Part shown: piece by piece, positions 57,179-64,000 of the stretch
Layout: each line of letters begins with the position of its first letter
Numbering within the stretch: the stretch's first letter is position 1
NCBI GenBank assembly: GCA_037439785.1
Contig: JBBIVJ010000021.1
Coordinates: 8,077-72,076, forward strand
Reading direction: 5' to 3'
From: Verrucomicrobiales bacterium
GTDB taxonomy: Bacteria; Verrucomicrobiota; Verrucomicrobiia; Limisphaerales; J093
DNA: 64,000 nucleotides
Translations under genes and position numbers: made by a program
The notes under the pieces: model-generated
The model's input: the letters and a program-made list of their open reading frames with translations, nothing else
Told to the model about the DNA's origin: nothing
Databases searched by the model: none

Positions 57179-57880
57179 TCAGCCTTCGATGAAGCGGTAC
57201 CCCACCCCGCGCACGGTGTCGAGGTGGCGAGCGGCGGAGCCGAGCTTGTCCCGCAGCCGCCGCATGTGCGTGTCCACGGTGCGGGTCTCGATGGTGCTCT
57301 CGTAGTTCCAGACATCCCGGAGCAGTTGTTCGCGGGTCTGGACCCGCCCCCGCCGTTGGGCCAGCACCGTCAGCAGGCGGAACTCGGTGGCAGTCAGGTC
57401 CACCGTCATGCCCTGGACGGTGACCAGGTGGCGGGGGATGTCGATGACCAGTTCGCCCAGCGCCAGTCGGTCGCTCTTGGTCTCGGCGGCCTGGCGGCGG
57501 CGGAGGAGGTTTTTGACGCGCAGGACCAGCTCGCGGGGGCTGAAGGGCTTGGTCACGTAATCATCCGCTCCCAGCTCCAGACCCAGCACCCGGTCCATCT
57601 CCGCCGCGCGGGCCGTGACCATGATGATGGGCAGGGAGGCGGTGGCGGGGTCTCGGCGGAGGATTTTGCACACCTCCAGGCCGTCCACCTCCGGCAGCAT
57701 CAGGTCCAGCAGGATCAGGTCCGGCAGGTGCGCGCGGGCCAGTTGCAGGGCCGCCTCGCCGTCGCCGGCAGTGACGACCTCCAGGCCGGCGTTTTTGAGG
57801 TGGAAGGCGATCAGCTCGAGCGCATCCGGCTCGTCGTCCACGACGAGGATTTTCGCTTTCACGCGCGCTTTGGGTAACAT
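57179..57880 (-). CDS. OmpR/PhoB-family response regulator
   Basis: ILVVDDEPD...LILLDLMLPEVDG...YVTKPFSPREL, plus a winged-helix C-terminus ...VDTHMRRLRDKL...TVRGVGYRF. Confidence 0.88.
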   Translation of the reverse strand: MLPKARVKAKILVVDDEPDALELIAFHLKNAGLEVVTAGDGEAALQLARAHLPDLILLDLMLPEVDGLEVCKILRRDPATASLPIIMVTARAAEMDRVLGLELGADDYVTKPFSPRELVLRVKNLLRRRQAAETKSDRLALGELVIDIPRHLVTVQGMTVDLTATEFRLLTVLAQRRGRVQTREQLLRDVWNYESTIETRTVDTHMRRLRDKLGSAARHLDTVRGVGYRFIEG

Positions 57881-57920
57881 GGCGCGATGGTGGAAAAGTG
57901 TCGCGGCGGTGACAAGGCGG

Positions 57921-58394
57921 TTACATTTCCCCTTCCACGCCGATCCACCGCGCCAACCGGCGCTCCGCCGCCTCGAGCGCGGCCCGCGTCGCCGCCGAAA
58001 GTTCCGCGCCGGGGCTGAAATCGTGGCCCGGCAGGGTCAACAGCCACGCGGCCGGTCGCGCGTCAAACAGCACCGCGGCCAGCGCCAGAAGCCCGGCGGG
58101 ATCGCTTCGATGCCCCGGGACGGGGCCGGAGAGACTTTCCGCCGGTGCCAGCGGGGCCAGGGTCACGGCGCTGCCCCCCTGGCGGGCGTCCGCAAATACC
58201 ACGGCGTCGTACCCGACGAGGGTGGCGGCCAGTTCGGGGGTCAGTTGCGGCACGGCCCGGGCGACCACTCCCGGCCAGGCGCGCACCGCCACGCGTTCGG
58301 CCAGCAGGGGGCCGGCGGCGTCGTCGCCCCGGAGCGTGTTGCCGTAGCCCAGGACCAGCCAGCGCCGGGGCCGGGACGGGAGCGGGGCCGTCAC
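57921..58394 (-). CDS. Hydrogenase maturation protease-like protein (HyaD/HybD/FrhD family)
   Basis: WLVLGYGNTLRGDDAAGPLLAE (GxGNxxxxDDxxG), ...VVFADA..., ...PGHRSDPAGLL.... The GTG start overlaps the acpS stop (GTGA). Confidence 0.6.
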   Translation of the reverse strand: MTAPLPSRPRRWLVLGYGNTLRGDDAAGPLLAERVAVRAWPGVVARAVPQLTPELAATLVGYDAVVFADARQGGSAVTLAPLAPAESLSGPVPGHRSDPAGLLALAAVLFDARPAAWLLTLPGHDFSPGAELSAATRAALEAAERRLARWIGVEGEM

Positions 58395-58771
58395 GGGCTG
58401 TCCCAGACCGCCGCGGCCGCGGCGTAGGTGAGGGTGTGGCTGAGGCTGAGGTGGAGGCTGCCGCCGCCCTGGGACTCCAGCCACTGCCGGCCGCCGTCGT
58501 GGAGGATCAGGTACGGCTGGCCGCCGGGGTGGTGGGCCACTTCCATGTCCTGCCAGCCCAGGCGGGCGCCGATGCCGGTGCCGAAGGCCTTGGCGACCGC
58601 CTCCTTGGCGGCGAAGCGCGCGGCCAGGTGCGGCGCGAGGTCGCGGTGGCCCTGGCAGTAGGCGATCTCCGCCGGCCGCAGGATGCGCTGGAGGAACCGC
58701 TCGCCGAAGCGCTCGACCGCCTGGCGGATGCGCGCCACCTCGATGATGTCCACGCCCACGCCGCGGATCAT
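58391..58771 (-). CDS. acpS: Holo-[acyl-carrier-protein] synthase
   Basis: [15 protein letters not shown]...[11 protein letters not shown]...[17 protein letters not shown]...HLSLSH.... Confidence 0.88.
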   Translation of the reverse strand: MIRGVGVDIIEVARIRQAVERFGERFLQRILRPAEIAYCQGHRDLAPHLAARFAAKEAVAKAFGTGIGARLGWQDMEVAHHPGGQPYLILHDGGRQWLESQGGGSLHLSLSHTLTYAAAAAVWDSP

Positions 58772-59520
58772 GTGCCACCGCCGGCGTAGCCGGCCATCAA
58801 GGCCAGCATGTCCCGCACCGCGCGGTCCAGCCCGGTGAAAACCGCGCGGCTGACGATGCTGTGGCCGATGTTCAACTCCTCCAGGTGCGGCACCGCCCCC
58901 AGCAGCGCCGGCAGGTTCACGTAGTTCAGGCCGTGGCCGGCGTTGACGCGCAGGCCCAGGTCGTGCGCCTGCCGGGCGGCGGCCCCCAGGCGGTCCAGTT
59001 CGCGCTGCCGGGCGGCCGGCTCGGCGAAGTGTTCCGCAAACGCGCCGGTGTGCAGTTCGATGAACTGACTGCCCACCCGCGCCGCGGCCTCCCCCTGCGC
59101 GGGGTCCGGGGCGATGAAGAGGCTGACCTGGATGCCGGCCTGGTTCAGGCGGCGGCGCGTCTCGGTCAGCGCGGCCACCTGGCCGGCGACGTCCAGGCCC
59201 CCCTCGGTGGTGATTTCCTGGCGGCGCTCGGGCACCAGGCAGACGATGTCCGGCTTGACCGCCAGCGCCACGGCCAGGATCTCGGGCGTGTTGGCCATTT
59301 CGAGGTTCAGGCGGGTGCGCACGCTCGAGCGCAGCCGCCACACGTCCCGGTCCACGATGTGGCGGCGGTCTTCCCGCAAGTGGCAGGTGATGCCGTGGGC
59401 GCCGGCCGCTTCACACCGGCGGGCGGCCTCGACGGGGTCCGGTTCGCCGGTCGGCCGGCCGCGGTAGCGGGCCTCGCGGAGCGTGGCCACGTGGTCAATG
59501 TTGACGCCCAGTTTGAGCAT
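58768..59520 (-). CDS. pdxJ: Pyridoxine 5'-phosphate synthase
   Basis: [77 protein letters not shown] overlap with acpS. Confidence 0.93.
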   Translation of the reverse strand: MLKLGVNIDHVATLREARYRGRPTGEPDPVEAARRCEAAGAHGITCHLREDRRHIVDRDVWRLRSSVRTRLNLEMANTPEILAVALAVKPDIVCLVPERRQEITTEGGLDVAGQVAALTETRRRLNQAGIQVSLFIAPDPAQGEAAARVGSQFIELHTGAFAEHFAEPAARQRELDRLGAAARQAHDLGLRVNAGHGLNYVNLPALLGAVPHLEELNIGHSIVSRAVFTGLDRAVRDMLALMAGYAGGGT

Positions 59521-61033
59521 GGTCGGCCGGGGCAGGGGCGGGGGCGGCGGCAGGCGCCGGAGCGGCCGCGCGGGCCGGGCGGAGCAGGCGCACCGGGGGG
59601 GTGAACAGGGGGAAGCGGCGGCCATCGAGCCAGCGGGCCAGGGCGTGCAGCTCGAAGGCGGTCAACCCCACGGCCGAGCGCCGCACCAGGGTCAGTTCCT
59701 GCGGGCCGGTCAGGGTGATTTCCGTCACGGCATTGCCCAGGTGCCGGGTGACGTTGGTGTCCTGCAGCCAGCGGCGGGCGGGGCTGTTGGTGGCGGGGGG
59801 GGCGTGGCCCGCCACCATGTCGTAAAGCATCCGCAGTTCCTGCCAGTCCGCCACGCGGGGCGGGGTTACCTCCCAGTGATAATAGACCAGGTTGGTGCGG
59901 CCGCGCAGTTGGGCGTACAGCTCCGCCGGGGCCGGCTCGGCGGGGGCGTCCAGCGGGAAGATGCCGGCGGTCACAAAGCCGGGGTCGGGGGCCGGGTTCA
60001 CGAAAGGGACCACCATCGGAAAGCCCGTCCAGGCCAGGCGGCCCAGGCGGGGCACCAGTTGCACCTCGCCGAAATCCAGCCAGTCCAGGCGCGACCGCAG
60101 CGCGGCGGGCAGCCGGCCTTGCAACGCCGGCAGGCGCGTGGCCGCCTCCGGCATCTCCCAGGCCAGCTGGGTCAGGAAGGGCGTCAACGAACGGCCCCAC
60201 CAGAACAGTTGGTTGGGCGCGGGCAGGTCCAGCTCACGCACCAGCGGATGGGCCGCCAGCCAGGGACGCACCCCCTGGAGCGCGGCGAAGCTGATCAGCG
60301 GTTCGGAAATGGTGTTGGTGGGCAGCCGCCACGGCTCCAGGGGGCAGGTCAACGGCCGGGGCCAGGTGAACCGGCCCACCGTGCGCAGAGGCTCCCCCTG
60401 GCCGGTCAGGGCCAGCTGGACGCGCGGCCAGGTCAGGTTGGTGGGCCATCCCCACCCCGGGGCCAGACGGTCCAGGCGCGCCTCCAGCTCCAGCCACGCG
60501 CCCGGTTCGGCATGCGGGGCCGGCCGGCCGGTTTGTTTGAGGCGACGCTGCACCGCTTCCAGACCCGCCAGGGGCGGCTCCCCCACGGCAGCCACGATCC
60601 ATTCGCCCGCCCGCTCGATGCGGGCCAGCGTCCGCTCCCAGGCGGGGGCGGTGTTGCTCCAGGTGTTGAGCCAGACGGCTGCCCGCTCGGGACGCACCCG
60701 CACCGCGAACGTCCATTCCGGCCGGCCGGGCTGGCCGCGGGCTTCGATGAACGACTCGGCCTCGATCAGGTCCGGCAGCAGCGGGGCGAGGGGTCGGGTC
60801 ACCGGCGCCGCCGCCAGCCGTTCCCACGTCTGGTTGAGGAGGGCCTGGGTGGCCGGTTCGGCCAGCACCGCGCGGAGGGCACCCCCCTGGGTATTGGTGG
60901 TCAGCCGGGCGGTGCCGGCGAACTGCCACCACACCAGCAGATCGGGGTCCTCGCCCTCGAGGGAGGCTCCCGTGCGCGGGCCACAACCGATCGCACCCAG
61001 GGCCGTCAGAGCCGCAAAAACCAGGCGTTTCAT
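59495..61033 (-). CDS. Hypothetical lipoprotein
   Basis: Lipobox-like [17 protein letters not shown] and a Trp/Leu-rich 512-aa body with no family recognised. The 3' end overlaps the pdxJ start by 26 nt. Confidence 0.5.
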   Translation of the reverse strand: MKRLVFAALTALGAIGCGPRTGASLEGEDPDLLVWWQFAGTARLTTNTQGGALRAVLAEPATQALLNQTWERLAAAPVTRPLAPLLPDLIEAESFIEARGQPGRPEWTFAVRVRPERAAVWLNTWSNTAPAWERTLARIERAGEWIVAAVGEPPLAGLEAVQRRLKQTGRPAPHAEPGAWLELEARLDRLAPGWGWPTNLTWPRVQLALTGQGEPLRTVGRFTWPRPLTCPLEPWRLPTNTISEPLISFAALQGVRPWLAAHPLVRELDLPAPNQLFWWGRSLTPFLTQLAWEMPEAATRLPALQGRLPAALRSRLDWLDFGEVQLVPRLGRLAWTGFPMVVPFVNPAPDPGFVTAGIFPLDAPAEPAPAELYAQLRGRTNLVYYHWEVTPPRVADWQELRMLYDMVAGHAPPATNSPARRWLQDTNVTRHLGNAVTEITLTGPQELTLVRRSAVGLTAFELHALARWLDGRRFPLFTPPVRLLRPARAAAPAPAAAPAPAPADHAQTGRQH

Positions 61034-61378
61034 CCGCGCGGCTCCATGCCAGAGAACGCCGGGCGACGCAAACCCATTTCCGGCGGCCGCACGGCCCACC
61101 CCCAACGGCCGCTCCGAAGCCGCAGCCGTGGGGGGTGGGGGCGGATGCCGTCCGGCCTTTGGTGGAAGTTTCCGGCGTGGAGGCCGGAGACCCGGAGAGA
61201 AGGTGCCGGCGTTTCGCTGAGACACCGGGTTACTGTCGCTCCTCAGCGAGGGGCGCCCCTGTCGCGTGAGACGACCTGCCCGGCGGTCGCAAGCCCTTTC
61301 CCATCCGCCGGCAGAAGCGGTACTTTGCCCGCGTCAGCCGGGGCTTGCGCCCACCGCGCATCCGGCTGTGCCTTGAAC

Positions 61379-62740
61379 ATGAGCCTCCGCCCTTTCTCCC
61401 CGCGGCTGCAGCTCGCGCTCGCTCTGGTCGTGGTGCCGGCCGCTTTGGTGCCCGTTTCGGGCGTCGAGCTGGGTATTGCCGGCGCGGCCTTCACGCTCGA
61501 CGGCCGGCCCACCTTTCTGCTGGGCGCCAGCTATTACGGCGCGCTGGGCGCGCCCGAGGAGTTCATCCGCCGGGACCTCGACGACCTCCAGCGCCACGGC
61601 TTCAACTGGATTCGCGTCTGGGCCACGTGGTCCGCGTTCACCAACGACGTCTCGGCGGTGGACACCGAGGGCCGCGCGCGCGAGCCGTTTCTGTCCAGGC
61701 TAACCTGGCTGGTGGCTGAGAGCGACCGGCGCGGCCTGGTGGTGGACGTGACCTTGTCGCGCGGCAACGGCGTGACCGGTCCGCCGCGGCTGGCCACGCT
61801 GGCGGCGCACCAGCGTGCAGTGGAGACGCTCGTCCGCGCGCTCGCCTCGCACCGCAACTGGTATCTCGATCTCGGCAACGAGCGGAACATCCGCGACGCG
61901 CGGTTTGTCCGCGTCGAGGAGTTGCGGCAACTGCGCGAGGCGGTGAAGCGGCTCGATCCGCGACGGCTGGTGACCGCGTCTCACGCCGGCGGCGACCTGA
62001 CCCCGGAGGTCGTGCGGCAATACGCGCTGGAGGCGAAGCTCGATTTTCTGGCGCCCCACCGGCCGCGCGAGCCTGGTTCGCCCGCACAAACCGCCGCGCA
62101 CACGCGGGCGGTGCTGGGTTGGCTGAACGAGCTGGGGCAGCCGATGCCGGTGCATTACCAGGAGCCGTTCCGGCGCGGCTACGGCGCGTGGCAACCCGCC
62201 GCTGCGGATTTCCTGACGGACCTGCAGGGGGCCCGCGACGGCGGCGCGGCCGGTTGGTGTTTCCACAACGGCGACGACCGCCACGCCGCCGACGGCGAGC
62301 CGCGCCGGTCGTTTGATCTGCGTGCGCGCCGGCTGTTTGACCAGTGGGACGCCGAGGAGCGCGCGTTTCTGGCCGGTTTGCGCCCGGCGTCGGCGCGGGC
62401 GGACACCGCCCCCGGGTCCGGCCCCTGGCCGCCCACGCGGCCGGCGGTCGGTTCGCCGCTGCCGGCGTCGCTGCCCCGCGCCGGAACGAACCCGGCCGAA
62501 ATGCTGCCCGGCCAGCGGACCCTGGGTTCGCGCGAGGTTCCCGACAACCAGACCGACCACGACGGCAGTTACTCGTGGCTCTGGGGGGTGAACGGTGTCG
62601 GCCGCGACGGCATCCGCGGCGTGGTGGTGATGCCCGAGCTGGAGCTGGTCGCCTCGTGGAACGACGGACAAACCGACACGCCGGCGAGGGAAAACGAGGC
62701 TTTCCGCCGGTTGGCAACGGCGGTGCGGCAACACGATTGA
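61379..62740 (+). CDS. Secreted clan GH-A (cellulase-like TIM-barrel) glycoside hydrolase with a C-terminal extension
   Basis: Signal peptide. GFNWIRVWATW and WYLDLGNERN (acid/base NE motif). The candidate nucleophile lies in ...MPVHYQEPF. The track ORF upstream of 61379 is antisense to the lipoprotein gene. Confidence 0.55.
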   Translation: MSLRPFSPRLQLALALVVVPAALVPVSGVELGIAGAAFTLDGRPTFLLGASYYGALGAPEEFIRRDLDDLQRHGFNWIRVWATWSAFTNDVSAVDTEGRAREPFLSRLTWLVAESDRRGLVVDVTLSRGNGVTGPPRLATLAAHQRAVETLVRALASHRNWYLDLGNERNIRDARFVRVEELRQLREAVKRLDPRRLVTASHAGGDLTPEVVRQYALEAKLDFLAPHRPREPGSPAQTAAHTRAVLGWLNELGQPMPVHYQEPFRRGYGAWQPAAADFLTDLQGARDGGAAGWCFHNGDDRHAADGEPRRSFDLRARRLFDQWDAEERAFLAGLRPASARADTAPGSGPWPPTRPAVGSPLPASLPRAGTNPAEMLPGQRTLGSREVPDNQTDHDGSYSWLWGVNGVGRDGIRGVVVMPELELVASWNDGQTDTPARENEAFRRLATAVRQHD

Positions 62741-62953
62741 AAGGGTCGCGGCCCTGCGGCGGGCGAAGGGGGACGCGGGGGCCGGCCGGAGCCTTGCCCT
62801 TGCCGCCTGCCCGGCTTGGTCCGGGCCGGCGCTGAAGGCGCGACACCGCCGGGTTCCGCTCCGCCTTTCCCGCCCCGCGCGGTTCCGCGGCTTGCGATTC
62901 GGGCGGCCGGCGGGGAAGCTGGGCGCGGCCTGGAGTCGGGCCGTGGATCGATC

Positions 62954-63286
62954 ATGGCGCTCCAACTCGATCGGCGTCGCCGCTGGTTCGGCCTGCTGTA
63001 CCTGATCCTGTCAGGGGGCCTGCTGATCTGGGGGTTGACGTGGCTGCGGCCGGTGCTGGGCGGTCTCGGGTTCGCCCTGTACTGGCTGGCCTGTCTGGGC
63101 TTTGCCCTGGCCGCACTGGTCATCGCCTGGCTGGATTGGCGCAGTATCCGCCGGCAGGTGCGGAGTCAGCAGCAGGAGTTGCTGGCCCGTACACTGCATC
63201 GGCTCGGGGCACCTCCGCCGGGGGCGGGAACCCCGCCGCCGGCGTCCGGTCCACCCGATCAGGCCGCGGGCCCTCCCCCCTCATGA
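62954..63286 (+). CDS. Small 2-TM membrane protein, function unknown
   Basis: MALQLDRRRRWFGLLYLILSGGLLIWGL...LYWLACLGFALAALVIAWL followed by a Pro-rich tail. The stop overlaps the TatD-family gene ATG (ATGA). Confidence 0.45.
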   Translation: MALQLDRRRRWFGLLYLILSGGLLIWGLTWLRPVLGGLGFALYWLACLGFALAALVIAWLDWRSIRRQVRSQQQELLARTLHRLGAPPPGAGTPPPASGPPDQAAGPPPS

Positions 63287-64000
63287 GGCCGTGGTACGAC
63301 ACGCACGCCCACCTGGACCACCGGCAGTTTGCGGCGGACCTGCCGTCGGTACTGGCGCGCGCCGCCGCGGCCGGCGTCACCCGGCTCATCACCGTGGGGA
63401 CCGACCGCGACAGCAGCGGCCGGGCGCTGGCGCTGGCCGAGGCGCACGCGGAGATTTACGCGGTGGTGGGCTGGCATCCGACCGAGGCGCTGAGTGCGCC
63501 GGTGGACCTGAGGCCGGGGCTGCGCGAGGCGGCCCGGCATCCCAAGGTGGTGGCGCTGGGGGAAACGGGGCTGGATTACTACCGACTGCCGCCGGGCGGG
63601 GAGGCGGCGGCGGCCGCATACAAGGCCCGCCAGGCCGCGCTGTTCCGCCAGCATCTGGAGGTCGCGGCCGAGACGGGCCTCAACTGCGTCATCCATCAGC
63701 GCGCGGCCTGGGCGGACACGTTGCGGCTGTTCGAGCCTTTTGCCGGGCGGGTGCGGGGGCAGTTCCATTGCTTTTCCGAAGGGCCGGCAGCACTGGCGCA
63801 GGTGCTGGCGCTGGGGTCACTGGTGAGTTTCACCGGCATCCTCACTTACAAAAACGGCGAGAGCGTACGCGCCGCCCTGGCCGCCACGCCGCGCGACCGG
63901 TTCCTGCTGGAGACCGATTGTCCGTACCTGGCGCCGGTGCCGTTTCGCGGCCAGCGGTGCGAGCCGGCCCACGTGTGCGAGACGGCCCGGGTGGCGGCCG
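63283..64000 (+). CDS. TatD-family metal-dependent hydrolase (3' end lies outside the window)
   Basis: Translated by hand: MRPWYDTHAHLDHRQF...AVVGWHPTEA...ALGETGLDYY...VIHQR...GQFHCFSEG...SFTGILTYKN...LLETDCPYLAP. The frame is open to the window end. Confidence 0.85.
   Translation, partial: MRPWYDTHAHLDHRQFAADLPSVLARAAAAGVTRLITVGTDRDSSGRALALAEAHAEIYAVVGWHPTEALSAPVDLRPGLREAARHPKVVALGETGLDYYRLPPGGEAAAAAYKARQAALFRQHLEVAAETGLNCVIHQRAAWADTLRLFEPFAGRVRGQFHCFSEGPAALAQVLALGSLVSFTGILTYKNGESVRAALAATPRDRFLLETDCPYLAPVPFRGQRCEPAHVCETARVAA

Noticed and set aside
58395-59341. Long N-terminal extensions of the ORFs 57921-58778 and 58391-59341
   Set aside because: The extensions are Arg/Pro/Gly-rich and overlap acpS and pdxJ in other frames. 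The family-typical starts (GTG 58394, ATG 58771) give GTGA/ATGA coupled junctions.
59483-61378. N-terminal 630 aa of the 1085-aa plus-strand ORF (59483-62740)
   Set aside because: It lies antisense to pdxJ and the lipoprotein gene. The GH-A-like protein has its own signal peptide from ATG 61379.

Overview
This is a very GC-rich bacterial chromosomal segment. The protein signatures suggest Verrucomicrobiota or another PVC-group organism, which is an inference. Those signatures are a prepilin-type N-terminus joined to an H-X9-DG (DUF1559-like) protein, a DUF1080 protein, PQQ-like beta-propellers, an FGE-domain fusion, a b558-type sdhCAB operon, and secreted proteins ending in ...FFRLQR.

I can support about 60 protein-coding genes, one tRNA-Thr(UGU), three good intrinsic terminators, two sigma70-like promoters, and three structured repeat loci. 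Most genes are housekeeping: rpmG, rpsR, serA, xylA, fmt, adk, lpxA, prmC, murA, sdhCAB, acpS, pdxJ, a YebC-family regulator, a TatD-family hydrolase and a PhoB/PhoR-like two-component pair. Glycan-utilisation and secreted proteins are interleaved with them: GH127, a clan GH-A hydrolase, DUF4832-like, DUF1080, SMP-30, NagB-like, and PQQ-propeller and Ig-repeat proteins.

I see no CRISPR array, integrase, transposase, prophage or recognisable defence system. I cannot honestly claim a clear new system. The observations most worth follow-up are:
1. A four-helix-bundle (23S-IVS protein family) gene inserted precisely between sdhA and sdhB, bracketed by inverted arrays of tandem heptamers.
2. A second inverted-heptamer pair with no ORF, between fmt and a polyprenyl synthase gene.
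3. A roughly 120-nt MITE/REP-like element made of three hairpins.
4. A tightly packed minus-strand cluster divergent from a MarR gene: two secreted propellers, DUF3311, an SSS symporter, a short PaaK-like adenylating enzyme and a cupin.
5. A frameshifted rlmI-like gene.
6. A plus-strand intrinsic terminator with no upstream gene.
7. A Cys-depleted DksA / L33 / S18 trio at the left edge.

Many very long ORFs in the supplied track are antisense or upstream extensions caused by GC bias, and I rejected them.
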